This document shows positions 26,521-35,496 of a stretch of 61,756 nt of DNA, piece after piece. Position numbers and translations under genes: made by a program. The stretch's first letter is position 1; the number at the start of each line of letters is the position of its first letter. The DNA comes from a virus (taxonomy: Duplodnaviria; Caudoviricetes): the IMG/VR virus record IMGVR_UViG_3300048854_000277, positions 1-61,756 of that record. The stretch is one strand, 5' to 3'. The notes under the pieces are model-generated. The model ran no database searches. It saw nothing but the letters and a program-made list of their open reading frames with translations, and was not told the DNA's origin.

Positions 26521-26881
26521 TCTAGAGGGAGCGCAGCTCGACTACTGGGCAGCGAAAGCGCTAGCCGATCGCATGGCGCGTATCGTTGGCGCGGAGGAGC
26601 ATGAGCGCTGCGAAACACGATTCGGCGGTCAGTGGCCATGGAACCGGTTCATGCCTTCGGGCGCGTGGATGGACGGAGGCCCGATCATCGAGCGCGAGCG
26701 TGGCGCAATTAATCCGGAATGGCAGGGCCAAGGCGAGCCAGTCGTCTATTGGGCGAGAATGGGCGATGGAGTTCACCGCTATCAGGCGTCTGGGCCCACT
26801 CATCTCGTCTCAGCTATGCGCGCTTACGTGGCATCGAAGTTTGGCGAGGAAGTGCCAGACGAAATGGCGGGCGCGCGATGA
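26507..26881 (+). CDS. Second NinX/DUF2591-like protein
   Basis: L.GA.LDYW.AKA; GGPIIERE; GPT.L.SAMRAYVASKFG.EV. Confidence 0.8.
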   Translation: MKVSDLEGAQLDYWAAKALADRMARIVGAEEHERCETRFGGQWPWNRFMPSGAWMDGGPIIERERGAINPEWQGQGEPVVYWARMGDGVHRYQASGPTHLVSAMRAYVASKFGEEVPDEMAGAR

Positions 26882-27942
26882 ACTATCACCTCTTCCGCGT
26901 TGGCAAGGTATGGCACTACCGCTTTCAGGTCGACGGCAGGCGGGTTCAGCGGTCGACCAATGAAGTAGAGCGGCCGCTTGCCGAAAAGGTCGCAGCGAGG
27001 GCTTGGCGCGAGGCAAGCCTCTGGTCGCGAGAAGGCAAGACAATCCCGACCGTCAAAGAACTGGTAAGCCAGTGGCTTGAGATTCACACTCCGACCGCCA
27101 GCGCAGCCCACATCAAGGTTGTTGAGGCCTTTGGACGATTGCACTTATTCGATCTCGCCGACGTGATGATCGACGAACTGACGACGGAGCGCGTCGAGCT
27201 GGCCCGTGTGAAATATCTCGCTGAGCACGCGCCGGTCTCCGCGAATCAATGGCTGAAGGTGCTTCGACTGCTGTGCGGTTGGTCAATGAGGCGTGGCGTC
27301 TTGCCGGCGATGCCTTTTCATGTTCGCACACTCAAGGTCCAGAAGAAGCCGCGCGCAACGTTGCCGGTCCCGCTCGCCCTGGATTGGCTCGCGGCGATCG
27401 ACCGGCGAGAAGGCGATCGGGATGCCGTACGCACCGCAGTCCGCCTGATGCTCGGTCTCGGACTGCGGGAATCAGAAACGAGCTCGGCTCGATGGGAGTG
27501 GCTCGACATAGAGCGGCAGACATATACGCCCGGTCGTACGAAGGGCAGAGAGGCTGACGCGCTACCGGTCCCTGAATGGTTGCTCGCCTATCTCACTCCG
27601 CATCGACAGACGTCCGGGCTCATGATCACGAGGCCAAATGGCAAGCCGCTGCCCGCTGGCTTCACCCGCGCTGCAATGCTTGAGGCCAACCAGGCGGTCG
27701 GAGCGCCCCACATCACAGCGCACCGTCTCAGGGGCACGTTCGCCACACTGTTGAGTCAGTCAGGCGTCCCGGTTCAAGACATTCAACGCGCACTTAGGCA
27801 CAAGAACTTGACGACCACCGCGGCGTATCTTGAGACCGACATGGATCACGTTGCGCAAGGTCAGGCCAGGATGGCAGCGAAGATCGGATTCGGATTACAC
27901 CATCAAACTCCTGCCGCGCCAGTGGCGAGAAACGACTCGTGA
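26878..27942 (+). CDS. Second tyrosine recombinase
   Basis: WHYRFQVDGRR..RST arm domain; GLRESE, TK, HRLR, RH and AYL catalytic set. Confidence 0.9.
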   Translation: MNYHLFRVGKVWHYRFQVDGRRVQRSTNEVERPLAEKVAARAWREASLWSREGKTIPTVKELVSQWLEIHTPTASAAHIKVVEAFGRLHLFDLADVMIDELTTERVELARVKYLAEHAPVSANQWLKVLRLLCGWSMRRGVLPAMPFHVRTLKVQKKPRATLPVPLALDWLAAIDRREGDRDAVRTAVRLMLGLGLRESETSSARWEWLDIERQTYTPGRTKGREADALPVPEWLLAYLTPHRQTSGLMITRPNGKPLPAGFTRAAMLEANQAVGAPHITAHRLRGTFATLLSQSGVPVQDIQRALRHKNLTTTAAYLETDMDHVAQGQARMAAKIGFGLHHQTPAAPVARNDS

Positions 27943-28015
27943 GGCCTATAAAATAAGACAATCACGATCCCGAAGGGTAATCGAGATTTAACCGAGCCAA
28001 GCGTAAAGGAGTGCT

Positions 28016-28312
28016 ATGAGGAATGACATCCCGTACCAAGTAACGATTGACCGTCGCGACCTATTCGATTTCGTGCGCGGCGCAATCAAGGCAACACTCG
28101 ACGATTACGCCGATGCAGCAGAAAACGTGGAATGTTGGGCATGGCAGGAAGCCAATGATCGAGCAACCGAGGTGTTGGCGAAGCTGAAACTCCCGGCGTT
28201 GGACGCGGCGTTGAGCGAGCGCGCGGACCCAGAAGTGATCCGCGCCCGATGCAAAGCGCTCAATATGGCGGCCGCAGTTGCAGAGGCATTGATTGCCGCT
28301 AATTGCACGTGA
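28016..28312 (+). CDS. Hypothetical protein
   Basis: RBS AAGGAG. Confidence 0.6.
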   Translation: MRNDIPYQVTIDRRDLFDFVRGAIKATLDDYADAAENVECWAWQEANDRATEVLAKLKLPALDAALSERADPEVIRARCKALNMAAAVAEALIAANCT

Positions 28313-28346
28313 GGATTCGTCAATGAAAAATATTTAAAGGGAGTGC

Positions 28347-28375
28347 TTGCAAGTCCGGTAAATCTCCTTTAGATT
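28347..28375 (+). promoter_or_regulatory. PR'-like late promoter
   Basis: TTGCAA-N17-TAGATT, with a terminator about 30 nt further on. Confidence 0.7.
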
Positions 28376-28407
28376 TCGGGGTAGGGGCCTTGCCTCCAAG
28401 GTAGCCA

Positions 28408-28445
28408 AAAACCCACCGCTCGAAAGACGGTGGGTTTTGTCGTTT
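28408..28445 (+). terminator. tR'-like terminator
   Basis: AAAACCCACCG/CGGTGGGTTTT stem. Confidence 0.75.
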
Positions 28446-28459
28446 ACAGCAGAGTTTTC

Positions 28460-28594
28460 ATGTCTAAAGCCGAAGCAAGCGCGTTGATCGACAGGATAGA
28501 GGCGGCAATTGACCGCATCCGCAACCTGGATTTGGGGCTCAAGGCGTCACTGATCGCGCAGCTAGACCAATTGCGCGCGTACGTAGCCCAGTAA
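28460..28594 (+). CDS. Small helical protein, 44 aa (MSKAEASALIDRIE...)
   Basis: Read manually; weak RBS. Confidence 0.4.
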   Translation: MSKAEASALIDRIEAAIDRIRNLDLGLKASLIAQLDQLRAYVAQ

Positions 28595-28755
28595 GGTTTT
28601 AGTACTCCTTCGCGTCGTCTGCCCGCCGGTACGGGCGTCCTCACTAAACCGATCAGACTGCTGGCCTGGCTGGTTGAACGCGCCATTCCTCTGCGAGACG
28701 GCGTACGGGTTGGATCGGCTCAGTGAGGGCTTTACCCTAACTCGTAAGGATTCTC

Positions 28756-29064
28756 GTGGAAAACCAGCACCGCAAGATCTCAGGCTATCGCGATCTAACG
28801 CAGGCGGACATCGATCTGATGAACCGGATCAAGGCGCATGCTGAAGAAACGCGTTCGCTGGTGCTTGCCGTACGCGAAGCCGTCACGCCAACGCTCCCTG
28901 CTCTTGAGCCAATTGCGGATGGTGAACCGCATGAGATGGTGATGGGGGCAATCTACGGCGGCCACGATGACGGCCCGTTCCGGTGGGTCTGTCTCGCCGA
29001 CGATCATCTTCAACAGGGCTTCATGGCCTTGACGCGCGCTGTCGCGCAACCCACGACGTACTGA
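28756..29064 (+). CDS. acb2: Anti-CBASS cyclic-nucleotide sponge, Acb2 family
   Basis: MENQHRKISGYRDLTQ..IDLMNRIK...RW...HLQQGFMALTRAVAQP matches the Acb2 termini (NQH.KI.GYRDL, RW, RAIAQP). Confidence 0.88.
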   Translation: MENQHRKISGYRDLTQADIDLMNRIKAHAEETRSLVLAVREAVTPTLPALEPIADGEPHEMVMGAIYGGHDDGPFRWVCLADDHLQQGFMALTRAVAQPTTY

Positions 29065-29135
29065 CCACATCTCCTTCAGGCGTTCTCGCGCCTGTTTCCT
29101 TGGCTTCTGCCGAGGGTTCTTTATTCCATGCGGCC

Positions 29136-29756
29136 ATGATCTCTTTGAACGTACGGAGTGACGTCAAGAAATTGGCATCGCAGTTGACCACTTTCGCGCG
29201 TAAGCAGATCCCATTCGCGACAGCTCAGGCGATCAACGCGACGGCAGAGAAGGTTCGTGACGCGCAAATCGTGAACATGCGCAAGGTGCTCGACGCGCCG
29301 ACGCCATTCACCGTCAGTTCGATTGCCATCAAGAAGGCGACGAAATCGAATCAGGTTGCAACTATCTTCGTTCGGCCGATCGCAGCAGCGTATCTATTGC
29401 CGTATGAGGTTGGTGGTCTCAACAAGCTGAACAGCCAGGCGCTGCTCAAGCCAGTTAACGCTAAGGTCAATCAGTACGGGAACCTGCCGCGCAATCTGGT
29501 GAAGCGACTGATAGCGAAGCCCAATGTGTTCGTTGGGAAGGTTCAAACCAAAGCTGGCGTTGTAGATGGTGTGTGGCAACGAACGAAGAAGACCCGCGGC
29601 AAAGCGGCAGGGTTGAAGTTGATGGTCAAGTTCGAAGATGCCCACAAGGCCACTCAGCAGCTCGGCTATCAGTCTCTCGCAAAGCGAACGGTCCCTGCGA
29701 TCTTCGCTGCCGAGCTCGACAAGGCCATGGCCAAGGCTCTGGCCACGGCCCGATGA
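29136..29756 (+). CDS. Phage neck/tail-completion-like protein
   Basis: KQIPFATAQAINATA...D.PTPFT family; directly upstream of cos/terS. Confidence 0.6.
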   Translation: MISLNVRSDVKKLASQLTTFARKQIPFATAQAINATAEKVRDAQIVNMRKVLDAPTPFTVSSIAIKKATKSNQVATIFVRPIAAAYLLPYEVGGLNKLNSQALLKPVNAKVNQYGNLPRNLVKRLIAKPNVFVGKVQTKAGVVDGVWQRTKKTRGKAAGLKLMVKFEDAHKATQQLGYQSLAKRTVPAIFAAELDKAMAKALATAR

Positions 29757-29777
29757 GACCCCGTAAGGAAAATGAAT

Positions 29778-30080
29778 GGGTCCCTCCTGGGGTAAGGAGG
29801 GTCACGGGCTATTGCGCACCGCGATCTGAGGCCAGCCACAGGATTTAAAAAGTGTCCGCACCCCACGTTACAAGACGCGAATTCGCGAAGCTCGCGGGCT
29901 GTGATGAAAAGCAGGTTCGGCGAGCGATCGAATCCGGAAAGCTAAAGCCCGACGCGGACGGGAGGCTCGACCCCGCATTAGTTTCATCTGGATGGCGACG
30001 CCCGATCAGATCGAGCAAGGTGGTTGCGGACAGTGCGGACATTTCAAAAGTGTCCGCAAAGAGTGTCCGCACTGTCCGCA
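29778..30080 (+). other. Candidate cos region (cosQ-like, cosN-like and TerS-binding repeats)
   Basis: GGGTCCC at 29778; TCACGG-N11-CCGCGA at 29802-29824; six TGTCCGCA/TGCGGACA copies. Confidence 0.55.
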
Positions 30081-30454
30081 CGGAGCAAATCGTCGACGAG
30101 GATGACTCGCCGACGGAGGCCGCCGCGAAGATCGTGATGGCGCTTGGTGCCGAGCATGATCTCGCCGAAGCGATTCGCATCAAGGAAAATTTCAACGCGC
30201 TGCTCAAGCAGCTCGAGTACGAACAGAAGTCCGGCTCGCTGGTCGACTTGGGAACTGCCCGAACGGTGTTATTCGACTGCGCCCGCGCGGCGCGCGACTC
30301 ATGGATGAATTGGCCGATGCGCGTCGGCCCAAAAATTGCCGCCGATCTTGGGCTGGAGGCTGATCGAGTAACAGAGGTCTTGATTGAGCACGTCCACACA
30401 CAAATCGCCGACCTCGGCGAGCCGGATGCTCACTTCGAAGATCGACCGAGCTGA
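29852..30454 (+). CDS. terS: Terminase small subunit
   Basis: N-terminal wHTH (TRREFAKLAG...VRRAI..GKL); Nu1-like C-terminus. Confidence 0.85.
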   Translation: MSAPHVTRREFAKLAGCDEKQVRRAIESGKLKPDADGRLDPALVSSGWRRPIRSSKVVADSADISKVSAKSVRTVRTEQIVDEDDSPTEAAAKIVMALGAEHDLAEAIRIKENFNALLKQLEYEQKSGSLVDLGTARTVLFDCARAARDSWMNWPMRVGPKIAADLGLEADRVTEVLIEHVHTQIADLGEPDAHFEDRPS

Positions 30455-32543
30455 CGAGCTAGCGCGCGATTTTCGCCGCGGCTGGACGCCGCCTCCGCGC
30501 ATCAGCATTCCCGAATGGGCTGATCGCTATCGCAAGCTGGCGAAGGAGGCCGGCAGTACGTCAGGAAACTGGCGCACCTCTACGGTCGAGGTGGCACGCG
30601 GTCCGATGATGGCGGTCACCGAGACGGGCATTCACGTGATCACCTTGATGGTGAGCACGCAGATGCTCAAGACGGCTTTTCTTGAAAATGTATTCGGTTA
30701 TTTCGGGCACCTTGACGCCTGCCCAATCCTTCTGATCCAACCTAAGGATGATGCGGCCGAGGCGTTTAGTAAGGAACGTATTGCGCCGCTGATTCGTAGC
30801 ACTCCGGTGCTGCGCGAAATCATGGGCGCGAGCAAGTCTCGCAACAGCGATGACACGCTGGGCTACAAAGCCTTCCCCGGTGGCTTTCTAGCGATCGTGA
30901 GTGCCGGTAGTCCAGACAATCTCGCGCGGCGACCGATTCGAATCATCCTTGCAGATGAGATCGATAAATACCCGCCGCTGAAAGAAGGCGACTCGATCTT
31001 TATTGCCGAGGAGCGTACGGCGTCGTTCGGCGTGAACTGGCTATCGGTACGGGCCTGCTCCCCGACGTATGCCGGCGAGAGCCGGATCGAGAAGAGTTAC
31101 AACGGCTCAGACCAGCGACGCGCCTCCGTTGCATGCGCGCACTGCGGTCACCGGCAGTTTCTTGACTTCTTCAAGCACGTCCACTGGGACAAAGACAAGG
31201 ATCCGCGCGGTAACACGGTCGCGCATCGCACGAAGACCGCACGCATTGTTTGCGAATGCTGCGGCGTGGCGTGGTCCGAAGGTGAGCGGCTTCGGGCGCT
31301 TGGCACGACACGTTGGCACCAGACGCGGCCGTTCGAGTGTTGCGGTCATCGGCATGTGCCAATGACCGACTACGATATCGCCTGGCAGGAAATCGGTGAA
31401 GGGTCGGTCGATAAGGTCTGGAAGTGGTCGGAAAGCCCGCGCCACGCTGTCTATTATGCGCACTGCCCAACGTGCGGCTTGCGCGGCGTCGAGGGTGAGC
31501 ATGCAGGTTTCCAAGCCTCGAAGCTCTATAGCCCTTGGAGCAAAGATAAGCCGTCCGATATCGCCGGCAAATGGATTGATGCGCAGGGTGACGAGGAGCA
31601 GCTTCAGGCGTGGTGGAACACGCAAATGGGGTTGCCATACCGCCGGCACGTCGGCAAAGGCACCAGTCCCGATGCTCTGTTGGCTCGCTGCGAGGTGTGG
31701 CCGGCAGAAGTTCCGAACAGTGTCGGAGCTATTACGGTGGGCGCCGACGTTCAGCCCGATCGCGTGGAGCTCGAAACCGTAGGTTGGGGCAGAAACGAAG
31801 AGTCTTGGTCGATAGATCACCACGTGATCGAGGGCGATCCGGAAACGCCGCAGTTGTGGGAGAAGGTCGATCAATACCTGAAGCGCATCTGGTACCGCTA
31901 CGACGGCATGCCGTTTGAAGTGATGGCGGCTTGCATCGACTCGGGCGGTCACAACACGCAAAAGGTCTACGAATTCGCGAAGGCGCGTTTGAGCCGGCGC
32001 ATCTGGGCTATCAAGGGCGCGTCCGAGCGGAGCGGGGCGAGAACGCCAGTATGGCCGACGAAAAGGCCTAGCAACCGGAATAAGGCCTCGTTCAAGCCGG
32101 TGATCATCGGCACGAACTCTGCGAAAGACGTGATCTATGCGCGGCTTCGCTACGAAGAGCCGGGCCCTGGCTACATGCACTTTCCTTCAGATCGCGATGT
32201 CGGGTATTTCGCGCAGCTTACTTCTGAGGTGTCGGTCCTTAAGGCATCCGGTGGCCATCGTTATCGCGTCTGGGAGCTTCCAAACGGAAAGGCTAACGAA
32301 GCTCTCGATTGCCGCGTTTACGCCTATGCAGCGCTGTGCGGCCTGATGCACTTCGGCTTCGGATTGAATAGGAAGGTCGATGAGGTATCCGTCGCGCTGA
32401 AGTTTGACGCTGCGAGCAACGCATGGACGCCCGCACAGCAGGCTGAGGCGAATAAGCAGACATCTGCCGCGCCGCAGCCGCGAGGCCCAACGATTAAAAC
32501 CGGAACATCGGTCCCGAAATCGCGCGCTAGTCAACTCGCCTAA
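30426..32543 (+). CDS. terL: Terminase large subunit (lambda GpA family)
   Basis: PPP.IS..EWAD, ADEID, SPT, GADVQ, IDSGG, NEALDC..YA. Confidence 0.95.
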   Translation: MLTSKIDRADELARDFRRGWTPPPRISIPEWADRYRKLAKEAGSTSGNWRTSTVEVARGPMMAVTETGIHVITLMVSTQMLKTAFLENVFGYFGHLDACPILLIQPKDDAAEAFSKERIAPLIRSTPVLREIMGASKSRNSDDTLGYKAFPGGFLAIVSAGSPDNLARRPIRIILADEIDKYPPLKEGDSIFIAEERTASFGVNWLSVRACSPTYAGESRIEKSYNGSDQRRASVACAHCGHRQFLDFFKHVHWDKDKDPRGNTVAHRTKTARIVCECCGVAWSEGERLRALGTTRWHQTRPFECCGHRHVPMTDYDIAWQEIGEGSVDKVWKWSESPRHAVYYAHCPTCGLRGVEGEHAGFQASKLYSPWSKDKPSDIAGKWIDAQGDEEQLQAWWNTQMGLPYRRHVGKGTSPDALLARCEVWPAEVPNSVGAITVGADVQPDRVELETVGWGRNEESWSIDHHVIEGDPETPQLWEKVDQYLKRIWYRYDGMPFEVMAACIDSGGHNTQKVYEFAKARLSRRIWAIKGASERSGARTPVWPTKRPSNRNKASFKPVIIGTNSAKDVIYARLRYEEPGPGYMHFPSDRDVGYFAQLTSEVSVLKASGGHRYRVWELPNGKANEALDCRVYAYAALCGLMHFGFGLNRKVDEVSVALKFDAASNAWTPAQQAEANKQTSAAPQPRGPTIKTGTSVPKSRASQLA

Positions 32544-32586
32544 CTTCACAACCGCTTCGGCGGTTTTCGCATTTCTGGAGCGCCCT

Positions 32587-32853
32587 TTGTTCGATCCCAA
32601 TACCTCGGTGTTTGCCGGGATGTCGACACCTGTCTTGCAGCAGGCGCTCGCCAGTGCACAGACGGCGTTGATTGCTCTGCAGACCGGCCAGAAGGTCGTC
32701 ACGGCAGGGTATGGTCAAGGGGATGGCACGAAGTCCGTCACCTTTACGCAAGCGAACATCGGTGACCTGACTCTATTGATTCGCCAACTGCAACAGCAGC
32801 TCGGGATTATTCGTCACGCACGCAGGCGCATGTCGATCGGCAGCTTCCACTGA
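32587..32853 (+). CDS. Head-tail joining protein, gpW-like
   Basis: TTG after GGAG; L.TG..V...SVTF..ANI.DL...I..L. Confidence 0.8.
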   Translation: MFDPNTSVFAGMSTPVLQQALASAQTALIALQTGQKVVTAGYGQGDGTKSVTFTQANIGDLTLLIRQLQQQLGIIRHARRRMSIGSFH

Positions 32854-34493
32854 TGGAAAATCCCGTACAAATTTTAGATTCGCGGGGTAAGCCATTCGAG
32901 AAGCAGGTGCCGCGCGCGTCGATGCTCACGGGCGGTAGCCATACGCCTTACGATGCCGCCGACATCTCAGGTCCGCACCTGGGCGACTGGCAGCCATATT
33001 TGTGGTCGCCAGACGGCGAGCTCAATATGCACCGCGACCGTATCGTGTCCCGAATCCGGGACGTGGTGCGGAACGATGGGTGGGCATCGGCTGCGATCAC
33101 GCACACGCTCGACAACGTAATCGGCGCGGACTTCCGGCCGGTCTCAAAGCCAGATTGGCAAGCTCTGCGTGCGATGACCGGCAACAAGGCGTTCGATCAC
33201 GTCTGGGCAGATGAGTTCGGGCAGGCCGCAGAAGCAAATTATCGGACCTGGGCGTATGACCCCGGCCGTTATTGCGACACGCAGCGCAACCTGACGATCC
33301 CGCAGCAGAGCGCTCTCGCATTCCGTCATAAATGTATCGACGGCGACGCTCTCGCTATGCTGCATTGGCGCCCCGAACGCGTGGGCATGGGCCGCGCTCG
33401 CTATGCGACAGCCGTTCAGGTCATCGACCCCGATCGCTTGTCGAACCCTCAACTGAATTTCGACCAACAGGTTCTCCGCGGCGGCGTCGAGGTAGACGAA
33501 GATGGTGCGGCGATCGCATATCACATCCGGCGCGCCCACCAGGGTGACTGGTTCAGCGCTGGCGCGAGCATGCATTGGGATCGTATCCCGCGCGAAACGG
33601 CGTGGGGCCGTCCGATCATCGTGCATGACTTTGATCATGACCGCGCTGCGCAGCACCGCGGGGGCGCCGGCATTCTTGCGCCAGTCCTTCAGCGCTTGAA
33701 GATGCTGATCAAGTACGACGGCACCGAACTCGACGCGGCGATCATCAACTCGTTTTTCGCTGCTTACATCGAAAGCCCATTCGATGGCGAGTTGGTCGAA
33801 GAGGCTTTGCAGGGTTCGGAAAAAGTAAGCGCCTACCAGCAAGAGCGCTCGAACTATCACAAGGAGCGCGGTCTGCGCATGGGGCACGTCGGTATCTCGC
33901 ATCTGTACCCGGGCGAGAAGATGGGTTTCGCGGCACCGAATCGCCCGAGCGGAAATTTCGCAGAGTTCGAAAACGCGATGCTGCGCAACGTCGCGGCTGG
34001 TACCGGCACGTCGGCGCAGATGATCAGCCAGAACTGGTCGGATGTGAATTACTCGTCCTACCGGGCAGCAATGCTGGAGGTATGGAAGACGTTTCATCGG
34101 CGCCGCGCAAATTTCGCGACAGGATTCACGCATCCGATCTGGTGCGGGTTCCTCGAGGAATCGATGGAAGTCGATGATCTTCCCCTTCCATCGTCGGGAA
34201 CCGTGCCGATGTTCATGGAATGTCGCGTGGCCTATGCGCGCGCGAAATTTTTTGGGCCGGGCGTTGGATTTACTGATCCCGTCAAAGAGAGGGCAGGATC
34301 GATTCTCGGCATGGACGCGGGTTTGTCGAGCCTTGAAAGAGAGGCATCCGAACTATCTGGCGAAGATTGGCGCTCCATTCTCGCGCAACGTTCAGTCGAG
34401 ATCGCGAAGTTCAAAGAACTCGATATTCCGCTGCCTTCATGGGCGATGGGTGAGAACGCAACGAAAGCGACTGAAGATCCGAAGGCAGAGTGA
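32853..34493 (+). CDS. Portal protein (lambda family)
   Basis: RDVVRND, GGVE.D..G...AYHI, NYSS.RA, DPVKE. Confidence 0.95.
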   Translation: MENPVQILDSRGKPFEKQVPRASMLTGGSHTPYDAADISGPHLGDWQPYLWSPDGELNMHRDRIVSRIRDVVRNDGWASAAITHTLDNVIGADFRPVSKPDWQALRAMTGNKAFDHVWADEFGQAAEANYRTWAYDPGRYCDTQRNLTIPQQSALAFRHKCIDGDALAMLHWRPERVGMGRARYATAVQVIDPDRLSNPQLNFDQQVLRGGVEVDEDGAAIAYHIRRAHQGDWFSAGASMHWDRIPRETAWGRPIIVHDFDHDRAAQHRGGAGILAPVLQRLKMLIKYDGTELDAAIINSFFAAYIESPFDGELVEEALQGSEKVSAYQQERSNYHKERGLRMGHVGISHLYPGEKMGFAAPNRPSGNFAEFENAMLRNVAAGTGTSAQMISQNWSDVNYSSYRAAMLEVWKTFHRRRANFATGFTHPIWCGFLEESMEVDDLPLPSSGTVPMFMECRVAYARAKFFGPGVGFTDPVKERAGSILGMDAGLSSLEREASELSGEDWRSILAQRSVEIAKFKELDIPLPSWAMGENATKATEDPKAE

Positions 34494-35419
34494 TATCGAG
34501 GGACCCCTTGAGAATAACGAGTATTTATGTTTTGCGTGACCCTCGAACCAACGAAGTTCGGTATGTCGGTAAGACGGTCAAATCTCTGGCGGAGAGGTTG
34601 AGTGGGCACATAAGCCATAGCCGCCGAGTCAAGTCTCCGCGCGGAAGTTGGATCATAAGTCTGGTCAGGCAGGGATTGGTGCCGGTAATTCAGGAAATAG
34701 AATCCGCCGGTGATAACTGGGCTGAGCGCGAACGCTACTGGATTGCGCACTACCGCGCGATGACCGACAAACTCACCAATATCTGTGACGGTGGCGAGGG
34801 CGTAGGCGGAGTAAAGTTGAAACCGGAACATCGCGCAAAACTGGCTGAGATCGGAAAAGCACGCAAGAAATCAGATGAATGGTCTCGAATGGGATCACAT
34901 CTTCCGGAATGGTGGACTGCGGAAATTCGTGCGCAGAAGGCGGCTCTCGTTAAATCACAGATGACGCCCGAGCGCCGCGCCGCTCATTCGGCAGCACTGA
35001 AGGCGACGATGTCCTCCCCGCAGTGGAGGAGTCGAAATTCCGCAGCGATTCGTGCAGCGTGGACGCCTGAGTTAAGAGCCGCCCAGGCTGCGAAGGCTAA
35101 GGCGGCTTCGCAAGATCCGGAGACAAAGGCAAAGCAAGTCGAAGCGGCCAAGAAAAGATGGACGCCGGAGGAGCGCGCTAAAGCATCCGAGACGACCAAG
35201 CGCACGATGACGGCGGAGGTGAAAGCTCGGAACTCAGCGACCAACAAGGCTATATGGACTCCAGAGCGCCGCGCCGAATGGTCGGAGCGAACCAAAAAGC
35301 AATTTGCTGAAAAGCCAATTAAATGGACTCCCGAGATGAACGCTAGGCGCGGCGAAGCAATCCGCGCCACCTGTGCAAAGCGGAACGCCGCAAAAGCCTC
35401 GGCCAAGAATCAGGAATGA
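34490..35419 (+). CDS. Free-standing GIY-YIG homing endonuclease with repeated (W/M)TPE.RA helical units
   Basis: SIYVLRDPR..VRYVGKT, R...H, ERE.YWI, LTN..DGGEG. Confidence 0.85.
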   Translation: MISRDPLRITSIYVLRDPRTNEVRYVGKTVKSLAERLSGHISHSRRVKSPRGSWIISLVRQGLVPVIQEIESAGDNWAERERYWIAHYRAMTDKLTNICDGGEGVGGVKLKPEHRAKLAEIGKARKKSDEWSRMGSHLPEWWTAEIRAQKAALVKSQMTPERRAAHSAALKATMSSPQWRSRNSAAIRAAWTPELRAAQAAKAKAASQDPETKAKQVEAAKKRWTPEERAKASETTKRTMTAEVKARNSATNKAIWTPERRAEWSERTKKQFAEKPIKWTPEMNARRGEAIRATCAKRNAAKASAKNQE

Positions 35420-35446
35420 TTTAGCAGCGCACAGCTAACAAAAGCA

Positions 35447-35472
35447 AGGGCCACTTCAGCGGCCCTTTTTTA
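35447..35472 (+). terminator. Intrinsic terminator
   Basis: AAGGGCC/GGCCCTT followed by a T-tract. Confidence 0.7.
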
Positions 35473-35496
35473 TTGCTCTTTCGAAATGGAGCGTCA

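Noticed and set aside
30650-30680. Atypical terminase Walker A (STQMLKT) as a sign of inactivation
   Set aside because: The Q..KT core and all other motifs are intact; likely subfamily variation
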